Sequence record: PP989839.1
DNA from: Escherichia phage VTCCBPA_322
Length of the DNA stretch: 64,000 nucleotides
Strand: one strand, 5' to 3'
A model generated the notes under the pieces. The model did no database searches. It saw nothing but the letters and a program-made list of their open reading frames with translations, and had not been told where the DNA came from. Position 1 is the stretch's first letter; every line of letters starts with the position of its first letter. The position numbers were made by a program, and so were the translations under genes. Of the stretch, positions 20,301-29,966 are shown in pieces.

Positions 20301-23300
20301 TTTCACAGGACATCCTCAATAAGAGCGGTGATCGTAGAGAGAGTCCTTGGCTCTTTGCTGATGGTACTGTTGTTGGTTCTAACGGCGATCACATTAGCCT
20401 GTCCGATGTATTTGGTCACGATGGCTATCGTGATATGTCTTTGGATACTGGTGCTGTACGTTCTACTTTCTATAAAGGCAGTGAGCAACCATTCGTATCT
20501 TTGCAACTTTTTGATAATCAGAAGCTAACTACTGAACAATTCAATACTGTTCAATCATTCGTAGAAGCAAACAATGCACTGATTCAGATTGGTGTAGATA
20601 CGTCTGGGCGTAACACCAATAACGTTGAGAAGATAGAAGTATCACTGGCCCAACTGAAAGCAGACTATACCGTTGGTGGTAAACCCCTGTCTGAGATGGA
20701 AACAGTGTTCCCTGTCTATAACAATGACAAGACACCGAACCAGTTCCTGAAAGCATTTACCCTGCCGGAAGAACCTAAGTCTCGCACCATTGGTTCTGAA
20801 TCCCCTTTGACTGATGTTAAGCAAGCACTGTCTTCTGCTGCTCGCTTTGAAGCATTCACTCAAAAAGAAAATAACGCTCTCACAAGTGATGTGATTAAGC
20901 GTTATCAGGACTTAATGGACTTTGGTGAAACTCTGAAGACTACTTTGTCTGACCGTCTGACTAAGTTTCTTGCTAATAAGAATGTTGGTAAACGTTTTGC
21001 AGAAGGTACTGAGGCTAACCGTTGGGTAGGTGGTAAGTTACTTAACATCGTAGAGAAAGATGGGGATACCTTTAAGTTCAATGACCAGTTGTTAGAGACT
21101 GCTGTACTTGCTGGTCTGCAATGGCGACTTACTGCTACACAAAATGCTGCTGTTAAAGATATGAAAGACGTAGCTGCTATTACTGGAGTAGAAGCATCCT
21201 TGTTACCTGAAGGTATCCTGGCTGAATTTGAGAATGCTCAGACTCTGGTTGAAGCTACTAACTCACTGGCTCAAAAGATTGAATCTTACTGGGGTCTGAA
21301 TCGTAATCCTAATGCACCTCTGGGTTATACCAAAGGTATCCCAATGGCAATGGCTACAGAGATTCTGTCTTCTTTCATTGAGATGGGTGAAGTTAAAGAA
21401 TCTATGCTGGATGTGTCTGAGTTTGACCCAGCTTCTAATAAGACTGTTGGTCTGTATACTATTGAGAAACTGGATGATAATGATGCCATTAACAAATTCC
21501 CTACTGCTATTGAGGAAGCTGTCCTCGTAGAACCAGAAGAGAAAATGTACTTTGGTGATGATATTCCTTCCGTGGCTCAAACACAGTTACGTAATCCTGC
21601 TGTTAAGAATACCCCAGAGCAGAAAGCTGCTCTTAAAGCAGAACAGGCTACCGAGTTCCGTGTACACATGCCTATGGTTAACTTCTATGAAGCATTAGGT
21701 CGTGACAACATTCTGGAACTGATGGGTGCTGGTACTCTTAATCCTGAACTGCTGAACGTGAATACTGCTAAATCATTGGAAGGTAAAAACCTGTCCGTGT
21801 CCATGGCATATGATTCCTTGTTTGGTGTAATCAATCAATTACAGGAACAGGAGAATGGTCTGGATACGCCTATTCACTATGGTTACAACATGACCCGTGT
21901 AGGTCGTATGCAGATGCTTGGTAAGAACAACCCACAATCCAGCAAGCTGGTTCGTGAAGCAATTCTGCCAACCTTCTCTACTATTGACTTAAGTAATGAA
22001 AATAGCCAAACGTTCTCTGACTTCCAGTTAGGTCTGGCTCAGGCATTGGGCATCAAGGTTCATAATATGTCCCGTGAAGCTATGTCTGAAAAACTGACCA
22101 AAGCTCTGGAAGGTAATTTGAAACCTGCTGTTGATATGATGGTTGAGTTTGATAAGTCCGGTCACTTACCTGCTGATGCAGTAGATATTCTGAAGACATC
22201 TCTGGGTGGTGATAAATCATTCGTAGCTCTTATGGCTCTTATGGAATATGCCCGTTACCTTAACAGTACTGACCGTGCTAACTTTAATACCCCACTGTAC
22301 GTTGAAGCCGATGGTGTAACCAACGGGCCAATCAATGCAATGGTATTAATGACCGGTGGTAAGTTCACTTCGGATTGGATTAAGAATACTGCTAAAGGTG
22401 GTTTGTTCTTCGGTAAAGCTGGTAAGACTATGAACGAACACCGTTCACAGGATGACAGTGTTGACTTGTATGAAGCATCTACTAATGGTCTGCAACAAGC
22501 ACTAAATGAGTTACGTACTACTTACCGTAATAATGTTCCGGTCATGAACCAGATGAATCATCTTCAGAAGTTAATGGACCTGTTCATTAAAGACTTTAAC
22601 CTGAACGAAGACGGTACTTTGGACCTGAAACGTGGTATCGCTAAAAACCCACTGACTATTACCATCTATGGTTCTGGTGCTCGTGGTATTGCTGGCAAGA
22701 TGGTTAGTGCAATTACTGACACCATCTATGAACGCTTCAGTGATGTTCTGCAAGCTCGTGCTGCTGACCCTAGCATTTCCCCAGCTATGGCAATGTTTGG
22801 TAAGGAGGCTGCGTCTGAGGCTAATGCTCAGGCTATGCTGGATACTTTCCTTACATCTATGGAAGCACTGACTGGTAATGTTCCAGTTATGCGTAAAGGT
22901 CAACTGTCTATTCAACAGGTAGAAGGTGCTCTGACTGGTAAGTTAGACCCACAGAAATTTACTGTATCTGGTAATGCCCTGAAGAACTTACAAGAGAACA
23001 TGCTTCACCTGTTCGTTGAACCAATGCGTACTGGTATCCGTAATACTGTTGGTGAAGGTCTTATGCATTCTACTGAGAACTTGCAGAAGGCTACCCAGAT
23101 TCAGTCTTTGGTTCTGCAAGACATGTTCCAACAAGCAGTACAGGCTAAGCTGGCAGAAAAAGAAAAAGACCCAACATGGAAGAAGGGTGATTTCTTAACA
23201 CAGAAAGAACTTAATGAAATCCAGGAATCATTATCTCCACTGGCTCCAATGATTGAGACTGGTTCACAGACTTTCTACATTGCTGGTAGTGAGAATACTG

Positions 23301-26300
23301 ACGTTGCTAACCAAGTTCTGGCTACCAACTTAGATGATCGTATGCGTGTGCCAATGAGCATCTATGCTCCTTCACAGGCAGGCGTTGCAGGTATTCCATT
23401 TATGACCATTGGTACTGGCGATGGCATGATGATGCAGACCCTTTCTACTATGAAAGGTGCTCCGAAGAATACCCTGAAAATCTTTGATGGTATGAACATT
23501 GGTATCGACAACATCACTGATGCAAGTCGTAAAGCTAACGAGGCTGTATACACTTCCTGGCAGGGTAACCCTATCAAGAATGTCTACGACTCCTTCTCTA
23601 AGTTCATGAAGAATGTAGACTTCAGCAAACTGTCTGATGAAACCAAACAGGCTATCGCTAAATCTGCTCTGGAATATGACCAGCGTGAAGGTGCTACCGA
23701 TGACCTGTTACGTGTTGGTGCTGAACAGATTGAACGTAATCTGCGCAACATTGCTCTGGGTGTGGATATTCGCCACAAAGTAATGAACCAGGTACAGACT
23801 ACTGTTGACCAGATGGCTGCTGTAGGTGCTCCTTATGTGAACAACGGTAAAATCTCTCTGGAAGGTCTGACTGTAGACCAGCAAGTAGCTAAGCTGAACG
23901 AACTGTTTGATGCTGAGTTAAACAAGCGTCGTGATGCAGTACGTGCTGCTAAAGCAGAACCAGTGAAAGAAGTACCAGCAATGGAACAGGTTGGTCGTGT
24001 ACTGAAGTCTGGTGTACGTCTGCTGTCTAATACTGCTATCTCTAAGCTGGCTAAAGAGATGTCTCCGGAACAGCAAGCGGTACTGAAAGAAGTACAGAAA
24101 TCCCTTGCTGCTAAAGACTACAAAGTTGTTTATGGTACTCCTGCTCAATTAGATGCTTATGCTATTGAGAAGAATATTACTCGCCCAGCACCAGAAGATA
24201 TTGAAGCTGCTGAAGCAGGTAATGCATACGGCTGGACTAACTTTGATGATAAGACTATCTACTTAGTTACCCCTTCCTTGGAGACTCTGGTTCATGAATT
24301 GGTACATGCTTCTACTTTCGAATCTGTACTGGCTCATTATGAAGGTACTCCAAATGAAGCAGTCCAAAATATTGAAGACTTAATGAATCAGTTCCGTACT
24401 CTGGATGTTAAGGATGAATCTCCGGCAGTACGCGAAGCATATGCAGATGCTCTTAATACCATTAATGGTCATTTGTCTAATGGCTTCATTGAACCAGCAA
24501 TGGCTAAAGCTGCTGCACTTAACGAGTACATGGCATGGGGTTTAACTAACCGTGAACTAATTAGCAAGCAGAAGAAAACTACTGCACTGAAGACTATGGT
24601 TCAGGCTGTGTATGAAGCAATCAAGCGTCTGGTATTCGGACGTAAGAAAGCTCCCGCTAATGCAGATGATATGTTCTCTGGTTTACTATTTAACTCTGCT
24701 GTAGTTATGCGAGGACAAGCTCCTACTGCTGCTGTAGCCAAGGATACTACTCTGTTCCATAACAAAGCATACGGTGACAATACTCGTCTGGAAGAGCTAG
24801 GGAAAACCTTCGATAAACTGATTACAGACTACATTGGTTCAGAACCAGTACAACAAGTAATTCGTAAGGGTAAATTCTCTGATGCAGTAGTGAATGCAAC
24901 TAAAGTAACCCGTGATGTTCAGGCTCATGGCTTCACTATGAATATGCAGGAACAGCGTCTATTCACTAACATCGTTGCTGCTCTGGCTACTGAAGCTGCC
25001 ATTAGTCCTGCTGCCCTGGCTCGTGCACAGGAATACTATACGCATGTTACTAAGAACCTGACCGTTGAATCGTTCATGGCTGACCCGGATAGTACTAACC
25101 CTGCTGACCGTTACTATGCTCAACAGAAGTTCGATACCATTATGGGTGCTAACAATATTGAGTTTGATGCACAGGGCCGTTCTTCCTTACTGCCTACCTT
25201 TGTTGGTCTGGCAATGGTAAGTGAAGAGGTACGTAAAGTACTGGCAGACATTCCTGTTATGAAAGCAGATAAGCAATCCGGTAATACAGTTGATGCAATG
25301 CTGACTAACATTGGTACTGCTGCAATGGCTAGTCTGAATGCTCGTGTAGCGGGTGATACTAAGGCTACCAATGTACAGGAAGGTATGGATGCACTGGCTC
25401 AGACAATCATGCAGACGAGTCTCAATGCACAGTCCTTCTATGATTCCGTTGCTACTCCTAGTGGTAATGCTATTGACCGTGCTAACCAGTATCTGGTGGA
25501 TTCTATTGATGCATTGTCTACCCGTGCTTTAGAAGGTGCTCGTGAAGTTGCAGCTAATACCAAGAACCCGTTGGTTAAAGGTGCTGCTCATGCTGCACAA
25601 CTAATAGCTGCTATTGCTACAGAGAAGAATGGTGAAATCGTAGCTGAAGGCGTTATGGCTGCAATGAACCAGGGTAAAGTGTGGCAACCTTTCCATGACC
25701 TGGTTAATGACTTAACAGGCCGTACTAAGAGCAATGCTTCTGTATACGATTTGATTAAGGCAGTACGTGCACAGGTACAAGCTGACCGTCAACAGTTCCG
25801 TGAACATTTGCCTACCACTATCGCATCTAAGTTCAGCCGTAAGCTGACTAATGATGAATGGAAAGCAATGCATACTGGTATGGGTAAAACTGACTTAGCT
25901 GTTTTACGTGACACTATGTCTCTGGCTGAAATTCGTGACTTGCTGACTGACCAAAAGATTGTTGACCGTGAAGTGAATAAGCTGGAAGCAGACTTACAGA
26001 AACAAGCTGGTCGTAACTGGCCTCTGATTAGCCGTAAATCTAAGCAACTAGCTCAGTACATGATTAACGGTACAGTTGGTAATAACCTGCTGCGTAATGC
26101 TACAGCAATCTCTCGTATGCTGGGTGAACGTCAGGCTGCACGTTCTACTGTAGATGTAGCTCAACTGGATAAACTGATTACTCTGTATGCACTGGAAGCA
26201 ATGAGTAAGACTGACCGTGAGATGTTATCTTCACTGGCTCAATCAGAAGTTGATGGAATTGATTTTGCTACTTCTTACCTGGTTGGTCAGCGTAAAGATG

Positions 26301-28096
26301 AAATGGCTAAAGCCAAGTCTGACATGCGTGCAACCCTGAACCAGTACAAAGGTTATATCCCAAGTGAGACTAAGCAAGGTGTTAACCTGATTGTTGCTGA
26401 AGACAGTCAATTTGCTGATTTGATTGAGAAGTCTTATGTACGTCTGGGTACTTATCAAGGTAGTTCTGCTAATCGTGGTTCAGCACGTAGCTACTACTTC
26501 GCACCGGTACAGGCACAGGCTCCATTCTCACAGGGTATTCTACAGAACGTTCGTAATACTGCTGGTGGTGTAGACCTTGGTACAGGATTTACGATGGGAA
26601 CCATGGTGGCTGGTCGTATTACTGACAAGCCTTCTGTAGACCGTATCACTAAAGCACTGGCTCGTGGTGAACGAGGTAATGAGCCACTGATGCCTGTATA
26701 TGATGACAAAGGTAATGTAGTTGCTTATGAACAATCTATTGACCCTAACATGCTGAAGCACATTGAGGGTGAGAACCATCTTGCTCGTGCAATCGGTGTA
26801 TGGCGTGGTCGTCAGGTGGAAGAAGCTAAGGCTCAGCGTTTCAACGATATGCTAATTGAGAATCTGCATAGCATGTATGAGAACGACATTAAGATGTCTG
26901 CCTCTAATAAGTCCCAGTACGTTAACCTTCTTGGTTCTAAGCTGGACCCAGTAACTGCTGATGCCCTTAAGCTGATGAACAGTGAAACACGTCAGAAAGC
27001 AGAAAGCCTGTTTGGCGAAGGTGAACTGTGGGTTCGTCGTGACATGCTGAATGATGCACTAGGCTATCGTGCAGCTTCCGTTGGTGATGCCTGGTCTGGT
27101 AATTCTCGTTGGTCCCCGGAAACACTGGATACCTTTAAGAAAGCTATGCTTGGTGTGTTCGGCAACCGTGCCTACAAGTATGTAATGGGTGGTGAGAACC
27201 TGGTTCAGAACTTAGTTAAAGAAGCTAAGACTCTGATTGTAGTTAAATCAGTGGTTGTACCTGCTGTTAACTTCCTGGCTAACCTTTACCAGATGGTTGG
27301 TCGTGGTGTACCCGTTAAGAACATTGCTAAAAGCATTCCACAGAAGACTGCTGAGATTAACCAGTACCTGAAATCTCGTCTGCGTCAGGTAGACGCAGAA
27401 GCAGAATTACGTGCAGCCACTAACCCGAACCAGATTCGTAAACTTAAGGCTGAGATTCAGTCTATTACTGACAGCCATAAGCGTATGAGTATCTGGCCTC
27501 TGTTAGAAGCTGGTGAGTTCTCTTCAATTGCAGATGCTGGTATTGGGCGTGATGATATCCTGATTACTGAGGGTAAACTCCATGAATACATGGATAAACT
27601 GGCTGATAAGTTACCTAAGTCTGTACGCAACGCTGGACGTTATGCACTTATCACCAAAGATACTGCTCTCTTCCAGGGTATCCAGAAGACGGTTGAGTAC
27701 TCTGACTTTATCGCTAAAGCAATCATCTATGATGATTTGACTCAGCGTAAAGGTAAGACTCGTGAAGAAGCACTAGGACGTGTAACGGAGGAGTTCATTA
27801 ACTATGACCGTTTGCCTGGTCGCTTCCGTGGGTATATGGAAAGTGTTGGTTTAATGTGGTTCTACAACTTTAAGATTCGTTCTGCGAAAATTGCAGTATC
27901 CATGATTCGTAACAACCCGGTACATGCAGCTATGGCTATGTTGGCTCCAACTCCTACCATGTTTGGTAACGTTGGTTTACCTATTCAGGACAACATCTTC
28001 AGTATTGCTGCACAAGGTAATCTTGGTTACTCCTGGGGCTTCGGTCAGGGCTTACGTGCCCATAACCTTAACCCTTGGCTCAACCTCACTAACTAA
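17384..28096 (+). CDS. virion-encapsidated giant RNA polymerase (N4 gp50-like vRNAP)
   Basis: 3570-aa ORF (ATG 17384 with AGGAAA RBS; track start 17366 is TTG); central region has T7-like polymerase motifs: DG near PLYVEADGVTNGPINA, motif B-like KNPLTITIYGSGARG, motif C-like KIFDGMNIG; hallmark of N4-like phages. Confidence 0.9.
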   Translation: MSTFDRLAGFADSITNAKQVDVSTATSQKQAAQGQSPFQLTPENAYNLQTGRVGNLGIGAFEPGSLQADFTQASPLEILNKYGNEQGLQILNSRANAADVVRQDLSKQRTNAEAFGDTLSGVGLGVANTLGGIAALGTGLVNDNAGASIASGMDWLNEGVHNLQSDALNATRKVVQNQNLISAQKNQKLYEEDIKNGESSLVASLSRIGRDAFDSVANTLDNGMAATDGLSEGVGSLFTGGPLIRGVSALGKVMVGGDKAIKGITLAAELGSRPAQVALSAGRVAAPAIAIGGMEAGGAYQQTASEIMKMSHQELASKSPVYQQHIADGLSPDEARRQTASETGIVAAGLTAPVAAATGPLVSKFELNPLKVGSLAGAGSNMLRETVEEGIQSGTSQFAQNKAIQGNVDAKRDLLKGVGEQAGLGALYGFGSAGVAQAPGATVKAVGASAGPALRTTLAGASLVGSALAKAASPITNILVQRGEEVAKRNEQASPVSDATVNAAAQEATAQAEQAQATVQEAVDAMDISPEEKAAATQYAADLTQAMKFDPVELEQANPAIREAVSGSTNRVEAIQKMADLVNTAEDPNVQMEAAIQMYDNIMSMDSFINRDPGALANLEQGSPAANIVDQFSGLMANVQNTPKVLRAFRAIHSMIQEQAEAGKLKATEEANQAQANNIAMAADMSPEVLDADSVNMVLKHASEGKITLGNRQRAALQSAAALLQGAREFDAKAEELGLRPQDIVSKQIKTDESRSNEGQYSALQHAKRIRSAYNSGNFDLASAYLDDFMKFAQHMQNKVGALNEHLISGNADKNKSVHYQALTPSREWVRSRTGLGVNPYDTKSVKFAQQVGLEAKTVADIANALATAYPELNVSHVKVTPLDSRLDKPAAQVVKEFRQGNLDAAQSQQTNEPVNQVDKSPAPVQEATTTVQPKAKLVVENKTVPVKETSSKAEEVSTTESERDAYVKENTISQDILNKSGDRRESPWLFADGTVVGSNGDHISLSDVFGHDGYRDMSLDTGAVRSTFYKGSEQPFVSLQLFDNQKLTTEQFNTVQSFVEANNALIQIGVDTSGRNTNNVEKIEVSLAQLKADYTVGGKPLSEMETVFPVYNNDKTPNQFLKAFTLPEEPKSRTIGSESPLTDVKQALSSAARFEAFTQKENNALTSDVIKRYQDLMDFGETLKTTLSDRLTKFLANKNVGKRFAEGTEANRWVGGKLLNIVEKDGDTFKFNDQLLETAVLAGLQWRLTATQNAAVKDMKDVAAITGVEASLLPEGILAEFENAQTLVEATNSLAQKIESYWGLNRNPNAPLGYTKGIPMAMATEILSSFIEMGEVKESMLDVSEFDPASNKTVGLYTIEKLDDNDAINKFPTAIEEAVLVEPEEKMYFGDDIPSVAQTQLRNPAVKNTPEQKAALKAEQATEFRVHMPMVNFYEALGRDNILELMGAGTLNPELLNVNTAKSLEGKNLSVSMAYDSLFGVINQLQEQENGLDTPIHYGYNMTRVGRMQMLGKNNPQSSKLVREAILPTFSTIDLSNENSQTFSDFQLGLAQALGIKVHNMSREAMSEKLTKALEGNLKPAVDMMVEFDKSGHLPADAVDILKTSLGGDKSFVALMALMEYARYLNSTDRANFNTPLYVEADGVTNGPINAMVLMTGGKFTSDWIKNTAKGGLFFGKAGKTMNEHRSQDDSVDLYEASTNGLQQALNELRTTYRNNVPVMNQMNHLQKLMDLFIKDFNLNEDGTLDLKRGIAKNPLTITIYGSGARGIAGKMVSAITDTIYERFSDVLQARAADPSISPAMAMFGKEAASEANAQAMLDTFLTSMEALTGNVPVMRKGQLSIQQVEGALTGKLDPQKFTVSGNALKNLQENMLHLFVEPMRTGIRNTVGEGLMHSTENLQKATQIQSLVLQDMFQQAVQAKLAEKEKDPTWKKGDFLTQKELNEIQESLSPLAPMIETGSQTFYIAGSENTDVANQVLATNLDDRMRVPMSIYAPSQAGVAGIPFMTIGTGDGMMMQTLSTMKGAPKNTLKIFDGMNIGIDNITDASRKANEAVYTSWQGNPIKNVYDSFSKFMKNVDFSKLSDETKQAIAKSALEYDQREGATDDLLRVGAEQIERNLRNIALGVDIRHKVMNQVQTTVDQMAAVGAPYVNNGKISLEGLTVDQQVAKLNELFDAELNKRRDAVRAAKAEPVKEVPAMEQVGRVLKSGVRLLSNTAISKLAKEMSPEQQAVLKEVQKSLAAKDYKVVYGTPAQLDAYAIEKNITRPAPEDIEAAEAGNAYGWTNFDDKTIYLVTPSLETLVHELVHASTFESVLAHYEGTPNEAVQNIEDLMNQFRTLDVKDESPAVREAYADALNTINGHLSNGFIEPAMAKAAALNEYMAWGLTNRELISKQKKTTALKTMVQAVYEAIKRLVFGRKKAPANADDMFSGLLFNSAVVMRGQAPTAAVAKDTTLFHNKAYGDNTRLEELGKTFDKLITDYIGSEPVQQVIRKGKFSDAVVNATKVTRDVQAHGFTMNMQEQRLFTNIVAALATEAAISPAALARAQEYYTHVTKNLTVESFMADPDSTNPADRYYAQQKFDTIMGANNIEFDAQGRSSLLPTFVGLAMVSEEVRKVLADIPVMKADKQSGNTVDAMLTNIGTAAMASLNARVAGDTKATNVQEGMDALAQTIMQTSLNAQSFYDSVATPSGNAIDRANQYLVDSIDALSTRALEGAREVAANTKNPLVKGAAHAAQLIAAIATEKNGEIVAEGVMAAMNQGKVWQPFHDLVNDLTGRTKSNASVYDLIKAVRAQVQADRQQFREHLPTTIASKFSRKLTNDEWKAMHTGMGKTDLAVLRDTMSLAEIRDLLTDQKIVDREVNKLEADLQKQAGRNWPLISRKSKQLAQYMINGTVGNNLLRNATAISRMLGERQAARSTVDVAQLDKLITLYALEAMSKTDREMLSSLAQSEVDGIDFATSYLVGQRKDEMAKAKSDMRATLNQYKGYIPSETKQGVNLIVAEDSQFADLIEKSYVRLGTYQGSSANRGSARSYYFAPVQAQAPFSQGILQNVRNTAGGVDLGTGFTMGTMVAGRITDKPSVDRITKALARGERGNEPLMPVYDDKGNVVAYEQSIDPNMLKHIEGENHLARAIGVWRGRQVEEAKAQRFNDMLIENLHSMYENDIKMSASNKSQYVNLLGSKLDPVTADALKLMNSETRQKAESLFGEGELWVRRDMLNDALGYRAASVGDAWSGNSRWSPETLDTFKKAMLGVFGNRAYKYVMGGENLVQNLVKEAKTLIVVKSVVVPAVNFLANLYQMVGRGVPVKNIAKSIPQKTAEINQYLKSRLRQVDAEAELRAATNPNQIRKLKAEIQSITDSHKRMSIWPLLEAGEFSSIADAGIGRDDILITEGKLHEYMDKLADKLPKSVRNAGRYALITKDTALFQGIQKTVEYSDFIAKAIIYDDLTQRKGKTREEALGRVTEEFINYDRLPGRFRGYMESVGLMWFYNFKIRSAKIAVSMIRNNPVHAAMAMLAPTPTMFGNVGLPIQDNIFSIAAQGNLGYSWGFGQGLRAHNLNPWLNLTN

Positions 28097-28097
28097 A

Positions 28098-28128
28098 TGA
28101 AAAAGCCCCTCTAATGAGGGGCTTTACT
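28098..28128. terminator. bidirectional intrinsic terminator at convergence of late (+) and early/middle (-) transcription
   Basis: AAAGCCCCTC-TAAT-GAGGGGCTTT 10-bp stem; U-run on minus strand (TTTTTCATTT), weaker on plus. Confidence 0.75.
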
Positions 28129-28136
28129 CTTAGAAG

Positions 28137-28367
28137 TTAAGGTGTTTTCCACATTTTAGGCTTACGCCCTTCACTTGGAAATTTACCAGTCTCCTTAATC
28201 TTTCGTAGTGTTTCTTCAGATGGGAACCACAGGAATGTGAAGTAAAGCTTCTTAGCTACGTAACGAGTTACTCCTAGTTTCTCTGCGATTTCATCGAATG
28301 AATATGTACGAACGGTATTGTTGAGAATGGCTTCACGAACAACAGAGGTAATAGATACTTGTGTCAT
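28137..28367 (-). CDS. small protein with HTH-like segment
   Basis: ATG at 28367 with AGGAAA RBS; 76 aa; SFDEIAEKLGVTRYVAKK resembles helix-turn-helix. Confidence 0.5.
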   Translation of the reverse strand: MTQVSITSVVREAILNNTVRTYSFDEIAEKLGVTRYVAKKLYFTFLWFPSEETLRKIKETGKFPSEGRKPKMWKTP

Positions 28368-28386
28368 GCTATTTTCCTATAAATGA

Positions 28387-28420
28387 GAAAGCCCTCACTA
28401 GGAGGGCTTGTTTTGTTTTG
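28387..28420 (+). terminator. hairpin with plus-strand T-run inside minus-strand module (antisense-blocking or bidirectional terminator)
   Basis: GAAAGCCCTC-ACTA-GGAGGGCTT followed by GTTTTGTTTT on plus strand. Confidence 0.4.
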
Positions 28421-28489
28421 GCTTCTTGAGCCTTACCACTTGTCTGGTAGTTCAGTACCTTTCGGTAAAAACTACCTTACATCTTTGAA

Positions 28490-28870
28490 TCAGATTGTAC
28501 AACCACCACCATCACAGGTGTTGTTTTCTGCAAAGGAAGCTAGAGCCTTAGCTGTCTCCTCTTTCTCATGCAGTGCCTGACGTAGCAGGTAACCCTCTAA
28601 TTCCCAAATCTTATTGAATGCATTTTCATATGCATACTGACGGCCTTTCTTCTCATCATAGATAGTTGGGTCTACACAGGCAGATACACCTTCAACTTTG
28701 AAGCCGTTTTCTAGGATGATAATGCAATGAGTTGTCAGACCCAGGTTAGCTAAATCATCTGCCGGGAGTGCAGATGGATCAACGAATGCAGACTTCACTG
28801 CATCAGCACCATTGAAATAGTAGACGCTCTTAATCTTAGCTTCGATTGCTTCTTTACTTACTGTTGCCAT
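28490..28870 (-). CDS. hypothetical protein
   Basis: ATG at 28870 with GAGG RBS (track start 28882 also ATG); 126 aa; preceded by terminator 28931-28968. Confidence 0.5.
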   Translation of the reverse strand: MATVSKEAIEAKIKSVYYFNGADAVKSAFVDPSALPADDLANLGLTTHCIIILENGFKVEGVSACVDPTIYDEKKGRQYAYENAFNKIWELEGYLLRQALHEKEETAKALASFAENNTCDGGGCTI

Positions 28871-28930
28871 TATTAGCCTCATAGAGTGGTTTTAGTGTGT
28901 GCTTAAACATGATTACGTTTATTAATACTC

Positions 28931-28968
28931 AAATAAAAAAGTCCCCCAGAGTGACGGCTCCAGGGGAC
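28931..28968 (-). terminator. intrinsic terminator ending the non-coding / tRNA-like transcription unit
   Basis: minus strand AAGTCCCC...GGGGACTT stem followed by TTTTTTATTT. Confidence 0.65.
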
Positions 28969-29752
28969 TTAGTACTATTTACCCATAGCTGGGAGGCTTT
29001 TGGTTCTTACCACGAAGACAGTCCACGCTGACTAGGCTTGGGATTGATAGTCCCGTTCCTGTGGTAATTACTCAGGCTAGGATTTAAGGAGTTCCTATTC
29101 TCCAGCGAAATTCCCGTCGAGGGGAATAACAATACAATAGCAGCCACTGGACTGTCTTACCAGTGTTGTCTTTAGAGTGCTGTGCAATCAGGACTATGTT
29201 ACTGCTAAATAGGTGAGTCATGCCAGGCTCTAACTGGCTCCTTCTTCGCAATCCTTACATACCCCTACATAATTATTGCGTTAAGCTTTTTTGTTTAAGT
29301 TTAAGTGAAGGCGTTCTTGCTGACTCATAATTAGGTTGGGCGTTTGACGAATGACTAGTTCGTTACTACCCGTTTGCCATAAGTACCTGGCGACTTTGGT
29401 TTGAGGTGGGAGTCCGAGTCCTGTACAGCCTTACCGTTCACACATTGGCAGCGTATCTAGAATAGCACTTCCGGCAACTGGATTTAACTGTTACACCTCA
29501 AATCTGGTAGGGGCGTCCAGAAGTCTCATCTGGTACTTACGCCGTCGTATGGTTACGACTTACCCCCATTGTTAGTTGCTCGGCTCACCCCCTCGACTAA
29601 AGTGACCTTTGAGGGGCTACGCTACACTATGTGTTTCATCCCATTACAGAGAATCATCAGGCGTATTAGTTGGTCACCCCGGATACCTACTTACCGAGCA
29701 TTGGTATCGTATGACTCTTCCAATTAGAAGTAGCACTGTTGCAGTCGTCACT

Positions 29753-29826
29753 GCCCATAGGTAAGGACTCGAACCTTACAATACCATTGGTTTACAATGT
29801 CGCTGTACCATTTCGCGTTCTATGCA
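29753..29826 (-). tRNA. tRNA-sized tRNA-like element (degenerate or unusual tRNA)
   Basis: minus strand: canonical T-arm TAAGG-TTCGAGT-CCTTA, D-loop-like AAATGGTACA flanked by CGC/GCG, anticodon-like arm CATTG-TAAAC-CAATG; acceptor pairs only 5-6 of 7; no encoded CCA. Confidence 0.3.
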
Positions 29827-29840
29827 ATGCTACTTTGAAT

Positions 29841-29964
29841 TGGTTATCAGTGAAGGATTCGAACCTCCGGTTGGAGTCTATAGCTTACCGCAGCAGCCCT
29901 CCAATCTAGCGGTGTCACACTTAGTCCAAACTTGAACATGTCAAGCCATCTCGTGCAACTGATA
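29841..29964 (-). ncRNA. tRNA-like RNA, about 124 nt, with perfect acceptor stem, canonical T-arm and encoded CCA
   Basis: minus strand 5'-TATCAGT...GGAGG-TTCGAAT-CCTTC-ACTGATA-A-CCA-3'; 7/7 acceptor pairing; long internal stem TTGGAG/CTCCAA abutting T-arm; too long for a canonical tRNA. Confidence 0.45.
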
Positions 29965-29966
29965 AT

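Noticed and set aside
24295-24310. HELVH (HExxH) motif in vRNAP as evidence of a zinc metalloprotease domain
   Set aside because: A five-residue pattern is expected by chance in a 3570-aa protein; kept only as a note pending homology check
17950-26779. Numerous 60-140 aa ORFs on both strands inside the vRNAP gene
   Set aside because: All are embedded in the single uninterrupted 10.7 kb vRNAP frame; none has an RBS or independent context
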